DNA of 40,323 bases from Candidatus Pacearchaeota archaeon (GTDB lineage Archaea > Nanobdellota > Nanobdellia > Pacearchaeales > GW2011-AR1): NCBI GenBank assembly GCA_016196285.1, contig JACPXY010000056.1:1-40323 (forward strand), given 5' to 3'. Below, in pieces: positions 1 through 9,053 of the stretch (position 1 is the first letter of the stretch; every line of letters starts with the position of its first letter). The notes below the pieces were generated by a model. It saw nothing but the letters and a program-made list of their open reading frames with translations, was not told the origin of the DNA and did not search any database. Made by a program: the position numbers and the translations under genes.

Positions 1-75
1 ATTATGTTACTACTTAAAAGTTAATTATCCTCTTTCATTAGAATATTTTATTAATAACCGAAGATTGAATTACTT

Positions 76-435
76 ATGCCTTTGGAAGAATGGAAGATTG
101 AAAGATTAAATAATTCTCTTGAAGATTTATTGGGAGATTTTAGAAGAAATGTTATTTTTAACGAAAAAGAATCTGCTGTAAGGAAGATAAGAAAACTAAC
201 GCTTGGTTTTCTTGGCTTTTATCCAGAAATTATAAAATTGGTTCAAGATGCAGACATCGATTATTGTGCGAAAGTATGGAGAGCTGCTTACGAATTTCTT
301 GAAGATTGTACTCAATGGGCTTCTCCATTAGCTGAAAAGTATTATGATTGTGTTGATGCGTACGAAGCTTTAAATGATGTAAAAGGCAGAGTTTATCTGC
401 TTTGGCAAACACATACTGATTCAGAAGAAACTTAA
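76..435 (+). CDS. hypothetical protein (119 aa)
   Basis: Intact ATG-initiated ORF in an AT-rich block. No motif I recognise. Its 3' end overlaps the convergent cobO-like gene by 4 nt. Confidence 0.4.
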   Translation: MPLEEWKIERLNNSLEDLLGDFRRNVIFNEKESAVRKIRKLTLGFLGFYPEIIKLVQDADIDYCAKVWRAAYEFLEDCTQWASPLAEKYYDCVDAYEALNDVKGRVYLLWQTHTDSEET

Positions 436-977
436 TACTCCAAGCCCTTTCTGGCTAATGTTCCTGAATCATACGGGTGCTTTATCTTTTTAATTTCTGT
501 GACTAAATCTGCTAATTCAAAAATTCTTGGAAATGGAATGTGTGAGCCAGTTAATATGAGGTCTTTTTTCTTATCTCTTGATTTTAAAAAATCAATTACT
601 TCATCTTCTTCTATTAGTTTTAATTGAATTGCGTACAGCAATTCATCTGCAATTATAATGTCGTACTCCTGTTCCATGCACTCTTTGAGATAGTCAAAAG
701 CCTGCTTTACTGCAGCGATATGTTCGTTACTCGGCTTACCGATTACCCATGATCCTGTTCCGAAGCGCTTGAAGGAGAAGTTCGGAAATTTCTCTAATGC
801 CTTTATCTCACCAGGATAATCTATCTCTATGTCTCCTGTGCCGTTTTTCATGAACTGCACTAGATGGACTTTATAGCCATTCCCGCATGCACGCAATGCT
901 GTACCGAATGCGCTTGTTGACTTTCCTTTTCCATTCCCCCAGAATATTGAGAGCATGCCTAATCCTGATTTGTCCAT
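432..977 (-). CDS. cobO: cob(I)yrinic acid a,c-diamide / corrinoid adenosyltransferase (CobO/BtuR family)
   Basis: 181 aa. N-terminal P-loop GNGKGKSTSAFGTALRACGNGYKVHLVQFMK and the C-terminal HPYD motif are typical of CobA/CobO/BtuR. Confidence 0.75.
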   Translation of the reverse strand: MDKSGLGMLSIFWGNGKGKSTSAFGTALRACGNGYKVHLVQFMKNGTGDIEIDYPGEIKALEKFPNFSFKRFGTGSWVIGKPSNEHIAAVKQAFDYLKECMEQEYDIIIADELLYAIQLKLIEEDEVIDFLKSRDKKKDLILTGSHIPFPRIFELADLVTEIKKIKHPYDSGTLARKGLEY

Positions 978-1051
978 GCTGTTCTATGGATAACGCGCTT
1001 AATAATATTTATATACTGAATACTCATATAGATATTAATTGGTATATTACT

Positions 1052-1243
1052 ATGAATCCTCATAATAAGAAAAGAAGCATACTTGAATTAGCCAGAAAAG
1101 AGAAAGTAGTTACGACATCCGAGATTGCACGCTTCCTCAAGGTCAGCTGGAATACTGCTGAGAGTTACCTCAAAGACTTGGTAATTGAAGGCAAGATGAT
1201 ACAAAAGAAGAAAGAGGGAGTTAATTTATGGCTTATAAAATGA
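1052..1243 (+). CDS. small winged-helix DNA-binding protein (63 aa), possible regulator of the downstream surface cluster
   Basis: The internal Met at 1052 of ORF 887..1243 gives MNPHNKKRSILELARKEKVVTTSEIARFLKVSWNTAESYLKDLVIEGKM, an HTH/wHTH pattern. An AT-rich TATA-like box lies near 1003-1013. The N-terminal extension in the ORF track is antisense to cobO. Confidence 0.55.
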   Translation: MNPHNKKRSILELARKEKVVTTSEIARFLKVSWNTAESYLKDLVIEGKMIQKKKEGVNLWLIK

Positions 1244-2007
1244 TAAGAATGAGAGATAAAAATGGGCAGGCGGCGCTGTGGGTGATTGTTGCACTGGCTT
1301 TTGTGGTTCTTATTGGTCTGCTTATGTTCATCCGGCAGAAGCCTGGGCCGATAACACTTGAAGAGAATTATAATCCTCAAGCATTTATTGACCGATGTGT
1401 GAGAGATGCTGTGCAGGAAGAAGTTGATGTCTTGCTTCCGCGAGGAGGATTTAGAGAGCCGAAGAGCTCGCTCGCATACAAGAATGTCTCGATAACTTAC
1501 TTGTGCATGAATACTGGATATTTCGCTCCCTGCATCAACCAGCATCCGCTCTATATAGAGGAAGTGAAGCAGGAGCTGTATACGAATACGTATGAGAAGA
1601 TTGACTCATGCTTCACTGAACTTGAAACTGCATTAGAACAGCGCAATCAAGAGGTTTCCTTTGGAGAACTAGGTGTCTCCTTTGACCTTGCGCCGCAGCG
1701 CATTCTCGTTTCTCTTGAAAGAGATATGCAGATTCAGGGCCGTGAAGGCAGTGAAACGCTCTCGACTTTTCAGATTTTGATACAGAGTCCCTTTTACGAC
1801 CTTGCGAGCGTCGCTGTAGAGATAGCTAGCCAGGAAGCTTCATACTGCTATTTTGAATACGCCGGATATTCCCTACTGCATCCTGAGACTGAGATTCGGA
1901 AGACCACGCTTTCTGACAGCACCAAGCTCTATTTTATACGTGATGTTTACTCACAAAAAGAATTGACAATTGCGGTACGGGGATGCGCGATACCGCCCGG
2001 AGTTTAA
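1228..2007 (+). CDS. class-III (prepilin-like) signal peptide protein, surface-module component A1
   Basis: N-terminus is (M)RDKNG|QAALWVIVALAFVVLIGLLMF: a short basic leader, Gly-Gln, then a hydrophobic helix. It aligns colinearly with its paralog at 6012..6779 (ITYLCMNTGYFAPCINQHPLYIEEVKQEL versus IKYLCYTTQYYQTCVVQQPLIKEHVEEEL). The start could be 1228, 1240 or 1249. Confidence 0.7.
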   Translation: MAYKMIRMRDKNGQAALWVIVALAFVVLIGLLMFIRQKPGPITLEENYNPQAFIDRCVRDAVQEEVDVLLPRGGFREPKSSLAYKNVSITYLCMNTGYFAPCINQHPLYIEEVKQELYTNTYEKIDSCFTELETALEQRNQEVSFGELGVSFDLAPQRILVSLERDMQIQGREGSETLSTFQILIQSPFYDLASVAVEIASQEASYCYFEYAGYSLLHPETEIRKTTLSDSTKLYFIRDVYSQKELTIAVRGCAIPPGV

Positions 2008-2008
2008 T

Positions 2009-5000
2009 ATGAAACAAAGCATTAAATCTTTTCTTGTGTGCATACAAATCCTTCTCTTGATTACCTTTAGCATCTCATCATCTTACCTTCTCAAGGAAAG
2101 CTCTGGAAGTATCGAAGGTGCAGAGAAAAGACAAAATTCTCTTGATGGCGCGCAGCTTCTTGCTCTGCTTGGCAAACTTCTCTTCGGGAAGAATGGATTT
2201 GTGAATGCGCTTGAGACGAGTGACTTAAGTGCCGGATCCTGGACATGCCTTGAGAGCAAATCTGGAGAAGTATGCCAAGAGTTTGTTGCGAGCGAATGTA
2301 ATTCACTCTGTACATCTGACTGTGTCCCCTCGACGAGAAATAACGTGGCTCAGTGCAAAGTAGGCACGTGCTATGATTCTCGAGAAGGCACGTGTCAAAC
2401 TGGTTCTCCTCAAGCCCTGTGCACTGGTAATAATGGAACATGGTTTGATGATCCGTATGGCAATGTGGCTGAATGCAGACGAGGATGCTGCCTTATCGGA
2501 CAGCAAGCATCATTCATCACTGAACAGCAATGCACTCGCCAGGCATCTTTATTGGGAACAAGCAAGCTCTTCAAGCCAGAGGTCGCAAATGAAGTGGCGT
2601 GTCTCGCGCTCGGGCAATCGCGCGAGGAAGGTGCGTGTGTTTATGGTACTGACACTACTGGTAAGAACTTGTGCAGGTTCACCACGAAAGAAGTGTGTAT
2701 CCAGACTATCAAAGGTGCATTTCACTCCGGGTTCTTATGCTCGCATCCACAGTTGAATACTGCATGTGGAGCGCAGAAATCAACCGGGTGCGTTTCAGGG
2801 AAAGACGAAGTATATTGGTTTGATTCATGCGGCAACCGCGAGAATATCTATGATGCGCAGAAACCGAGGAGTTGGAATAATGGAAGAATCCTGATGAAAG
2901 AGCAGAGCTGCGCGCTCGGTTCTGGAAACAATTATCTTGCTAATGCCCGGGTGTGCGGAAACTGCAATGCCCTCGAGAGCAGTATTTGCAAGAAAGCAAA
3001 TTCCGGAGAAGCCGCGATAGGAGACTTTGTATGCAAGGACTTAAGTTGTGTTGATGAGTGGGGGAACACGAGAAAGCATGGCGAATCATGGTGCAGATAT
3101 CAAGGATCGACAGGTCTTGAAGGAAACAGAGCAACAGATACTGTCGGCAGCAGGCATTTCAGACAGACATGCCTGCGAGGCGATATTGCAGATGATGCGT
3201 GTGCTGATTTCAGAAATGAAGTATGTGTTGAGAGCAAAACAAGTGTCTCCGGCGGCTCGTACTCGACTGCCGCGTGCACAATTAATCGATGGCAGGAATG
3301 CCTAGCGTACAACAATCCCCAGAAACCTGAATTGAAAGATAAATGTTCTACGAATCCGTACTGCTTTATCAAAAGAGTAAGTGTCGGTTCTGACTTTAGT
3401 TTTAATCTCTGTACACCAAAGTATCCTCCAGGATTCTTGCTTGAAGAGAATGGACGCGGAGAAGGGGCTGAGACTATCTGCAGTCTTGCCTCGCAGACGT
3501 GCACAAAAGTCATGGTGAAGAAGCTCACTGGGTGGAAGTGCCAGGCGAACTGCCAGTGTGATACTCCTGCCTTCACGCAACAGATGAATGACTTATGCAT
3601 AAGCTTAGGCGATTGCGGGGCGAAGGCAAATTACCTTGGAGAAATTAGTGAAAGCTACCGCATCAGCGGCGCAGGTGTGCTTGATGGGGCTTATCTCGGC
3701 GGAGTGAAAAGATATGCAGATGAATCTCTCTTTAAGGGGCGTGTTGCTGAAGTAGGTGCTCTTGCTGCATCTCTTGGCAGCCTCGGCAGATCAGACGATA
3801 TTGGATTTGCAGCAGAACCCAGTGATCCGACTGCTAAAACACGAGGCGCGCTGAACCTGCCTATAGGAGCTGCAGGAACACTTCTCGGCCTCGCTGCTGC
3901 GTATGCACCTGGAGCGCTCGGATATCTTGCAGTTGTTAATGTAGCAGGAAGCTTTTCACTTGGCGTCGGCGCGAGCGCAGCAGCTGCTGGAGAGGCTGCA
4001 TCTGCTGGCACAGCCGCGGCAAGCGGAGCTATAGCACCGCAAGTAGCAGGGTTTGCAGGTGTGCTTGCCGGCGCTGCAATGGGGTTTGCACTTACCTCTT
4101 TCTTGATTGACATTACTGGAGTAGGGCGCGGACTTCATCCTGCAGTCACCTACTCTCTGATTGCCGCAGGCACTGTTGGCGGTGCTATCATGGGTTTCAG
4201 CGCTTATGCTGGTGGAAAGCTCGCTGCTGCCTGTGCAACAGGATATGGATGCGTAGTTGTTGCGATTGTCGTGATTATTATCCTTATACTAAAATTTGTC
4301 TTTAATGTTGGAAAAGTAAAACATATTCAGGTTTCATTCCAGTGCAAGCCATGGCAGGCGCCTCTAGGAGGAACGAACTGTGGTAAATGCGGTTCAGACG
4401 GACGGACATGCACGAGGTATGCGTGCTCCTCGTTAGGACAGACGTGCACGCTGATTAATGAGAATACTGATGCAGTTGCATGCATTGACAGTAATCCAAA
4501 CGATGTGGCCTCGCCAGTCCTTAATCCACTTACTTCTTTAATCAGTGTATCTCATTCGTATGAAAATGTCAGCGAGCGCGGATTTACGATTAGGAATATT
4601 CAAACAGGAAGCGGATGTGTTGAGCCGTATTCAACCCTTATCTTCGGTCTCCAGTTGAATGAGCCAGGGCAGTGCAGAGCATCCACGAGCAGCACTGCCT
4701 TATTTAATGAGATGGAGGGTGATTTCGGTATCAGCAGTTTGTTCAGGCACAATCACAGTGTTATCTTGCCTGTGCCTGACCTCAATGCATTGGGATATGC
4801 AGGATATATTCCTGCAAATGCATCAGGGAACTTCAATCTCTTCGTGCGCTGCCAAGACAAGCGAGGAAATGTTAATCTTGCGCCTTATGTGATTAACTTC
4901 TGCGTGCAGAAAGGGGTTGACGTGTCTCCGCCTGCAATAACACATCGAGAGCCTGTGTATGAGTATGTCTCATTTGCAGAGAGTGAGAAGAACATTACAG

Positions 5001-5980
5001 CATATACCAGTGAACCGGCAAGCTGCAGATGGGATGTGATTGATGGAGCGTATGATTCATTGCGCAACACGCTGGCGTGCCTTGATGACCCTGATCAACA
5101 AGGCGTGTTCGGCTGGCCGTGTACTGCACGTGTACCACTTCAGATTAAGAATGATTCCCGTTTCTTCATCAGGTGCAAAGACCAGCCATGGCTGAATAGC
5201 ACAGTTATTGTGTTTAGTATCGGCTCCCAGCAGATACCATACTATGCTAATGCAATTAACTACACGCACCTGCAACGAGTGAACTTCCAGTCAGGCAATC
5301 CAGGAATTACCAATATCACTCTTCCTGAAACACGCATCACTGATATTATTGCGAATGGCACTAACAGAACGCAGAGCCGAAATGTGAATCAGCAGAGTTA
5401 TCCATTTATCCTGCGCAAGAGCACTGCTCCTTTACGCATCGATTCAATAACACCGAACAATCAGACACTCATATTCGGCACAGTTCCTGCATCAGTCAGT
5501 ATACAGGTACAGACCTCTGGAGGCGTTGATGGAACTGCTGCATGCTCATACGTTTTTGGCAACAGCACTATACTCTTCTTCGAGACATGGCGTACTACGC
5601 ACAAGCAAGTATTTCAGTCGCTTTTCCCAGGAGTGATAACCTTGCCGATTATCTGTGAGGACCTTGCTGGAAATACTGCAACAACTACCGCGCGCTTTTC
5701 GGTTGCTCATGATACGCGTGCTCCACGCGTTACACGCACTTACAGCGCCGGCACGATTCTTACAATTATAACTGATGAGCCAAGCCAGTGCATATACGGC
5801 ACAAGCTCATGTAACTTTGAGAGTATGAATGGAACGCTCATGAGCGGAACCCAGCGTATTCACACTGCTGTCTTTGACAAAGAGCGCACGTATTATGTTA
5901 AATGCAAAGATTCTTTTCTGAACGGGCCAGGTAGCGCGTGCAATATTATTGTCAGAAGGAGCCAGGCAGATGTATCGTAA
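2009..5980 (+). CDS. giant Cys-rich surface protein B1 (about 1323 aa): signal peptide, Cys-rich ectodomain, Gly/Ala-rich multi-TM core, Cys knot, four beta-sandwich-like modules
   Basis: Met at 2009 (MKQSIKSFLVCIQILLLITFSISS) is a Sec-type signal and sits 1 nt after the A1 stop codon. There are dozens of Cys and many N-x-S/T sequons in the C-terminal half. The N-half is paralogous to 6776..8257 and the C-half to 9803..12235. Confidence 0.85.
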   Translation: MKQSIKSFLVCIQILLLITFSISSSYLLKESSGSIEGAEKRQNSLDGAQLLALLGKLLFGKNGFVNALETSDLSAGSWTCLESKSGEVCQEFVASECNSLCTSDCVPSTRNNVAQCKVGTCYDSREGTCQTGSPQALCTGNNGTWFDDPYGNVAECRRGCCLIGQQASFITEQQCTRQASLLGTSKLFKPEVANEVACLALGQSREEGACVYGTDTTGKNLCRFTTKEVCIQTIKGAFHSGFLCSHPQLNTACGAQKSTGCVSGKDEVYWFDSCGNRENIYDAQKPRSWNNGRILMKEQSCALGSGNNYLANARVCGNCNALESSICKKANSGEAAIGDFVCKDLSCVDEWGNTRKHGESWCRYQGSTGLEGNRATDTVGSRHFRQTCLRGDIADDACADFRNEVCVESKTSVSGGSYSTAACTINRWQECLAYNNPQKPELKDKCSTNPYCFIKRVSVGSDFSFNLCTPKYPPGFLLEENGRGEGAETICSLASQTCTKVMVKKLTGWKCQANCQCDTPAFTQQMNDLCISLGDCGAKANYLGEISESYRISGAGVLDGAYLGGVKRYADESLFKGRVAEVGALAASLGSLGRSDDIGFAAEPSDPTAKTRGALNLPIGAAGTLLGLAAAYAPGALGYLAVVNVAGSFSLGVGASAAAAGEAASAGTAAASGAIAPQVAGFAGVLAGAAMGFALTSFLIDITGVGRGLHPAVTYSLIAAGTVGGAIMGFSAYAGGKLAAACATGYGCVVVAIVVIIILILKFVFNVGKVKHIQVSFQCKPWQAPLGGTNCGKCGSDGRTCTRYACSSLGQTCTLINENTDAVACIDSNPNDVASPVLNPLTSLISVSHSYENVSERGFTIRNIQTGSGCVEPYSTLIFGLQLNEPGQCRASTSSTALFNEMEGDFGISSLFRHNHSVILPVPDLNALGYAGYIPANASGNFNLFVRCQDKRGNVNLAPYVINFCVQKGVDVSPPAITHREPVYEYVSFAESEKNITAYTSEPASCRWDVIDGAYDSLRNTLACLDDPDQQGVFGWPCTARVPLQIKNDSRFFIRCKDQPWLNSTVIVFSIGSQQIPYYANAINYTHLQRVNFQSGNPGITNITLPETRITDIIANGTNRTQSRNVNQQSYPFILRKSTAPLRIDSITPNNQTLIFGTVPASVSIQVQTSGGVDGTAACSYVFGNSTILFFETWRTTHKQVFQSLFPGVITLPIICEDLAGNTATTTARFSVAHDTRAPRVTRTYSAGTILTIITDEPSQCIYGTSSCNFESMNGTLMSGTQRIHTAVFDKERTYYVKCKDSFLNGPGSACNIIVRRSQADVS

Positions 5981-6011
5981 GTATTATAAACAAAACAGGT
6001 GTCAAGGAAGC

Positions 6012-6779
6012 ATGAGTCAAAAGAGGAAGGGTCAGGCGACGCTCTTTATTATTATTGCACTGGCGATTGTTGCAGTTGCTTTGCTTCTATTCCTCTACTT
6101 TAGACCTAATGGAATTAGTGTGACACAAGACGTAGTAAGCAATCCGGAAGCATATCTTGCCTCATGCATTGAGCCAGATGTAAGGGAGCAGCTTGAGCCT
6201 ATCGGAGCGCAGGGAGGGTATCTGAATCCTGAAGGATACCTCACCTATCAAGGAACAAACATCAAATATCTATGCTACACTACACAGTATTATCAAACAT
6301 GCGTTGTACAGCAACCTTTAATTAAAGAACATGTTGAAGAAGAACTTACTGGTGCCTTGAGCGAATCAGTGAATGAATGCGTGCAGGCACTTATTGATGA
6401 GTATGAACGGCGCGGCTACTCTGTCTCTTCAGGAAGTGTAAGCCATGATGTCTCAATCATACCTCATAGCATCACCCTAAGCATTACTGCACCGATGACT
6501 GTTACCAAGGAGACGAGCAGAACCTTCAATTCATTCAGTGCAGAAATTCCAAGCGAATTTTATGACTTGTTGATAACTGCAACAAGCATCATTGATTTCG
6601 AATCGAAGCTGGGAGATGCTGAAACTCTTGTTTATACACAAGCATATCCTGACCTTGAAGTCAGAAAAGTAAAATTGAGCGATGGCAGCAAAGTGTACAC
6701 TGTCACCGATATCGAGAGTGAAGAATTCTTCACCTTCGCATCGAGGAGCCTTGCCTGGCCTCCGGGATATACTTCATGA
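6012..6779 (+). CDS. class-III (prepilin-like) signal peptide protein, surface-module component A2
   Basis: The internal Met at 6012 gives MSQKRKG|QATLFIIIALAIVAVALLLFLYF. It is a paralog of A1 and its stop overlaps the next start (ATGA at 6776-6779). Confidence 0.7.
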   Translation: MSQKRKGQATLFIIIALAIVAVALLLFLYFRPNGISVTQDVVSNPEAYLASCIEPDVREQLEPIGAQGGYLNPEGYLTYQGTNIKYLCYTTQYYQTCVVQQPLIKEHVEEELTGALSESVNECVQALIDEYERRGYSVSSGSVSHDVSIIPHSITLSITAPMTVTKETSRTFNSFSAEIPSEFYDLLITATSIIDFESKLGDAETLVYTQAYPDLEVRKVKLSDGSKVYTVTDIESEEFFTFASRSLAWPPGYTS

Positions 6780-8257
6780 AACCTATACTGTTCATCTCTA
6801 TTATAGTATTTATTGCATTGCTTACTGGTTCTGCTGCTCAGGAACAAACTGTATGCTGTGAACAGACAACAAATAATCTCTTCTGCCAGCAGGTCTCTCA
6901 AAGCCAGTGTGCACCGAATGCGCGACAAGCACCGACATCCTGCGAATCTACGAGCTTCTGCAAACCTGGAGTCTGCTACAGCCCTGTTGAGGGCACGTGT
7001 ATGGAAAACACTCCTCAGATAACATGCAATGCACGGAATGCTACTTGGTCTGCGACATCTCCTCCTCAATGTAATCTTGGCTGCTGCATTCTCGGTGACC
7101 AGGCCGCATTTGTCTCCCTGGTACGATGCAAACGCCTGGCATCCTTTCTTGGATTGCAGGTCAACTACAATCAGAAGATACAAAGTGAAGTTGCATGTGT
7201 CTTGAGTGTTCAGAACCAGGATAGAGGTGCGTGTGTTTATGAGTCTGAATTTGAAGCAAGCTGCAGATTCACTACCAGAGTTGAATGCAACGCTGGTTTG
7301 AACAGTACTGGGAGCGGCGCATTCTACAAAGACAAACTTTGCACTGCTCCTGAATTAGGCACCGTCTGCGAGCGCACGAGAAAGACAACGTGTGTCCCTG
7401 GCAAAGAGGAAGTATATTTTGTCGATACTTGCGGCAATCCAGCAAATGTATATGATGCAGGAAAGCTTGAAGACACTGCGTACTGGACTAATGTGGTGAA
7501 GCCGGAAAATTCGTGCACTCCTGGCTCAGCGAATGCAAACTCAAAGAGCTGCGGGAACTGCAACTATCTTCAAGGCAGCATCTGCAGATTGGGTGAGCAA
7601 GGTACTAAAGCGACTTACGGAGACTATATCTGCGCTGACTTAAACTGCAAGAGCACCAGCAACGGCAAGCCGTATAAGCACGGCGAGTCCTGGTGCGTGT
7701 ACAAAGATGAAGGAGAGACTGGAAAAGGCAAAAATACCATCGGCAGCAGGTTCTATCGGCACATCTGCTTAAACGGGCAGGAAGTAGTTGAACAGTGCGC
7801 TGACTTCAGACAGGAAGAATGTATTGAATCAGGCATTGAGATCTCATCAGGATTATTTGCGCAGGCGGCATGCAGAGTGAATCGGTGGCAGGACTGCACT
7901 GCGCAGACTGAACAGCTTGATTGCGAGAATAATGATCGGAGAGACTGCCTCTGGCGCTCTGATATTCAGAATGCTAAATCAGGGAGCGGCGCGTGCATCC
8001 CAAAGAATCCTCCTGGATTGAAGTTCTGGGAAGGAGAGCAGGCAAAGGAAATCTGTGCGCAGGGCAACACTCAATGCACTGTAATATTTGAGAAAGGAGT
8101 CTTCGGCGGAGAGAAGTGTGTGGAGAACTGCGAGTGCCTTGATGCTGGATGGGAAAAGCAGCGCATTGCCTACTGCGCTGCATTAGGGGACTGCGGTCCA
8201 AATGTTAATTGGGTCGGCACGAAAGGATACAAGGAAGGATTCACAATAACAAGATAA
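6776..8257 (+). CDS. secreted Cys-rich protein B2N (493 aa), equivalent to the N-terminal ectodomain of B1
   Basis: Signal peptide MKPILFISIIVFIALLTGSAAQ. Long colinear blocks are shared with B1, for example KHGESWC, CGNCN, CADFR.E.C.ES and LGDCG. It ends exactly where the membrane core of B1 begins. Confidence 0.85.
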   Translation: MKPILFISIIVFIALLTGSAAQEQTVCCEQTTNNLFCQQVSQSQCAPNARQAPTSCESTSFCKPGVCYSPVEGTCMENTPQITCNARNATWSATSPPQCNLGCCILGDQAAFVSLVRCKRLASFLGLQVNYNQKIQSEVACVLSVQNQDRGACVYESEFEASCRFTTRVECNAGLNSTGSGAFYKDKLCTAPELGTVCERTRKTTCVPGKEEVYFVDTCGNPANVYDAGKLEDTAYWTNVVKPENSCTPGSANANSKSCGNCNYLQGSICRLGEQGTKATYGDYICADLNCKSTSNGKPYKHGESWCVYKDEGETGKGKNTIGSRFYRHICLNGQEVVEQCADFRQEECIESGIEISSGLFAQAACRVNRWQDCTAQTEQLDCENNDRRDCLWRSDIQNAKSGSGACIPKNPPGLKFWEGEQAKEICAQGNTQCTVIFEKGVFGGEKCVENCECLDAGWEKQRIAYCAALGDCGPNVNWVGTKGYKEGFTITR

Positions 8258-8304
8258 TTATCGTGAACTTTTCGATTTATAGAGTAGAGGGAAGAAAGGA
8301 CTGT

Positions 8305-9033
8305 ATGACCGAAAGATTCTTTAACCATCTTATTCGTGACACGACCATGAAACTATCTCGGGAGAGTGCCTTGCTGCTTACTGCAGCAACTCTTGCAGCG
8401 ACACTGACTTGCTTGGTACAGGCAAAACCCTTTGGTGCAGAAACTGTGCAAATAAGACCAAAATATGAGCCAGTCTTTGTTGCATTGACTCCTGAACATT
8501 ATAAAGAAGCAGCATTACAATGTTCAAAACTTGAAAGTTTTGCTGTTAATGCCTTGACATTCCAGGATTCATCAAGCGGGCCTGCACATATATGGCATCA
8601 GCCAGCATATGCGCATATGACCAATACTCCTGTATATCCTTCCATCTCCATCCTCTTCCTTCACCTCTCTAAATCTAATTATCTTGCGCAGACCTTTAAG
8701 AATCCCTGCCTCTATAAGATTACTGAATACACTCGTGAAGGAAAGCCGAATGCCTCCTGGATTGGCTCGATGCCGTATCAAGAAGACATTGCAACAAACC
8801 GCGCGGAGCGTATCTGCTTCGAAAAGTTCTCCCCTGAGATGACTCGGCTTGAGAGAACGGAGAGAGGAATCTCTGTACCTTCAGGAAAACTGCCCTATGT
8901 GTTTGAAGTCTATGAAGGTGTGGGTTCAAAGAAAAAGATTCATGGACGAATTAACTTTATTCTCGAATGCCCTCCAGTGAAACTTGAGGGTATGCCTCGG
9001 AGGATTGAACTTGAGAACAAAAGGTATAAATAA
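8305..9033 (+). CDS. secreted hypothetical protein
   Basis: Candidate Met at 8305 or 8347. MKLSRESALLLTAATLAATLTCLVQA|KP looks like a signal peptide. No recognisable domain. Confidence 0.55.
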   Translation: MTERFFNHLIRDTTMKLSRESALLLTAATLAATLTCLVQAKPFGAETVQIRPKYEPVFVALTPEHYKEAALQCSKLESFAVNALTFQDSSSGPAHIWHQPAYAHMTNTPVYPSISILFLHLSKSNYLAQTFKNPCLYKITEYTREGKPNASWIGSMPYQEDIATNRAERICFEKFSPEMTRLERTERGISVPSGKLPYVFEVYEGVGSKKKIHGRINFILECPPVKLEGMPRRIELENKRYK

Positions 9034-9053
9034 AATGAATTGCAGGGAATACT

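Noticed and set aside
887-1051. Long N-terminal extension of the wHTH ORF (start at 887)
   Set aside because: The extension is antisense to the cobO 5' end and reads as non-protein-like (MHAMLYRMRLLTFLFHS…). Met 1052, which follows a TATA-like box, is the plausible start.
3691-4113. 140-aa Ala/Pro-rich minus-strand ORF (and 3956..4138) inside B1
   Set aside because: It is antisense to the GCN-rich Gly/Ala tract of B1. The ORF is a by-product of codon composition and has no independent signals.
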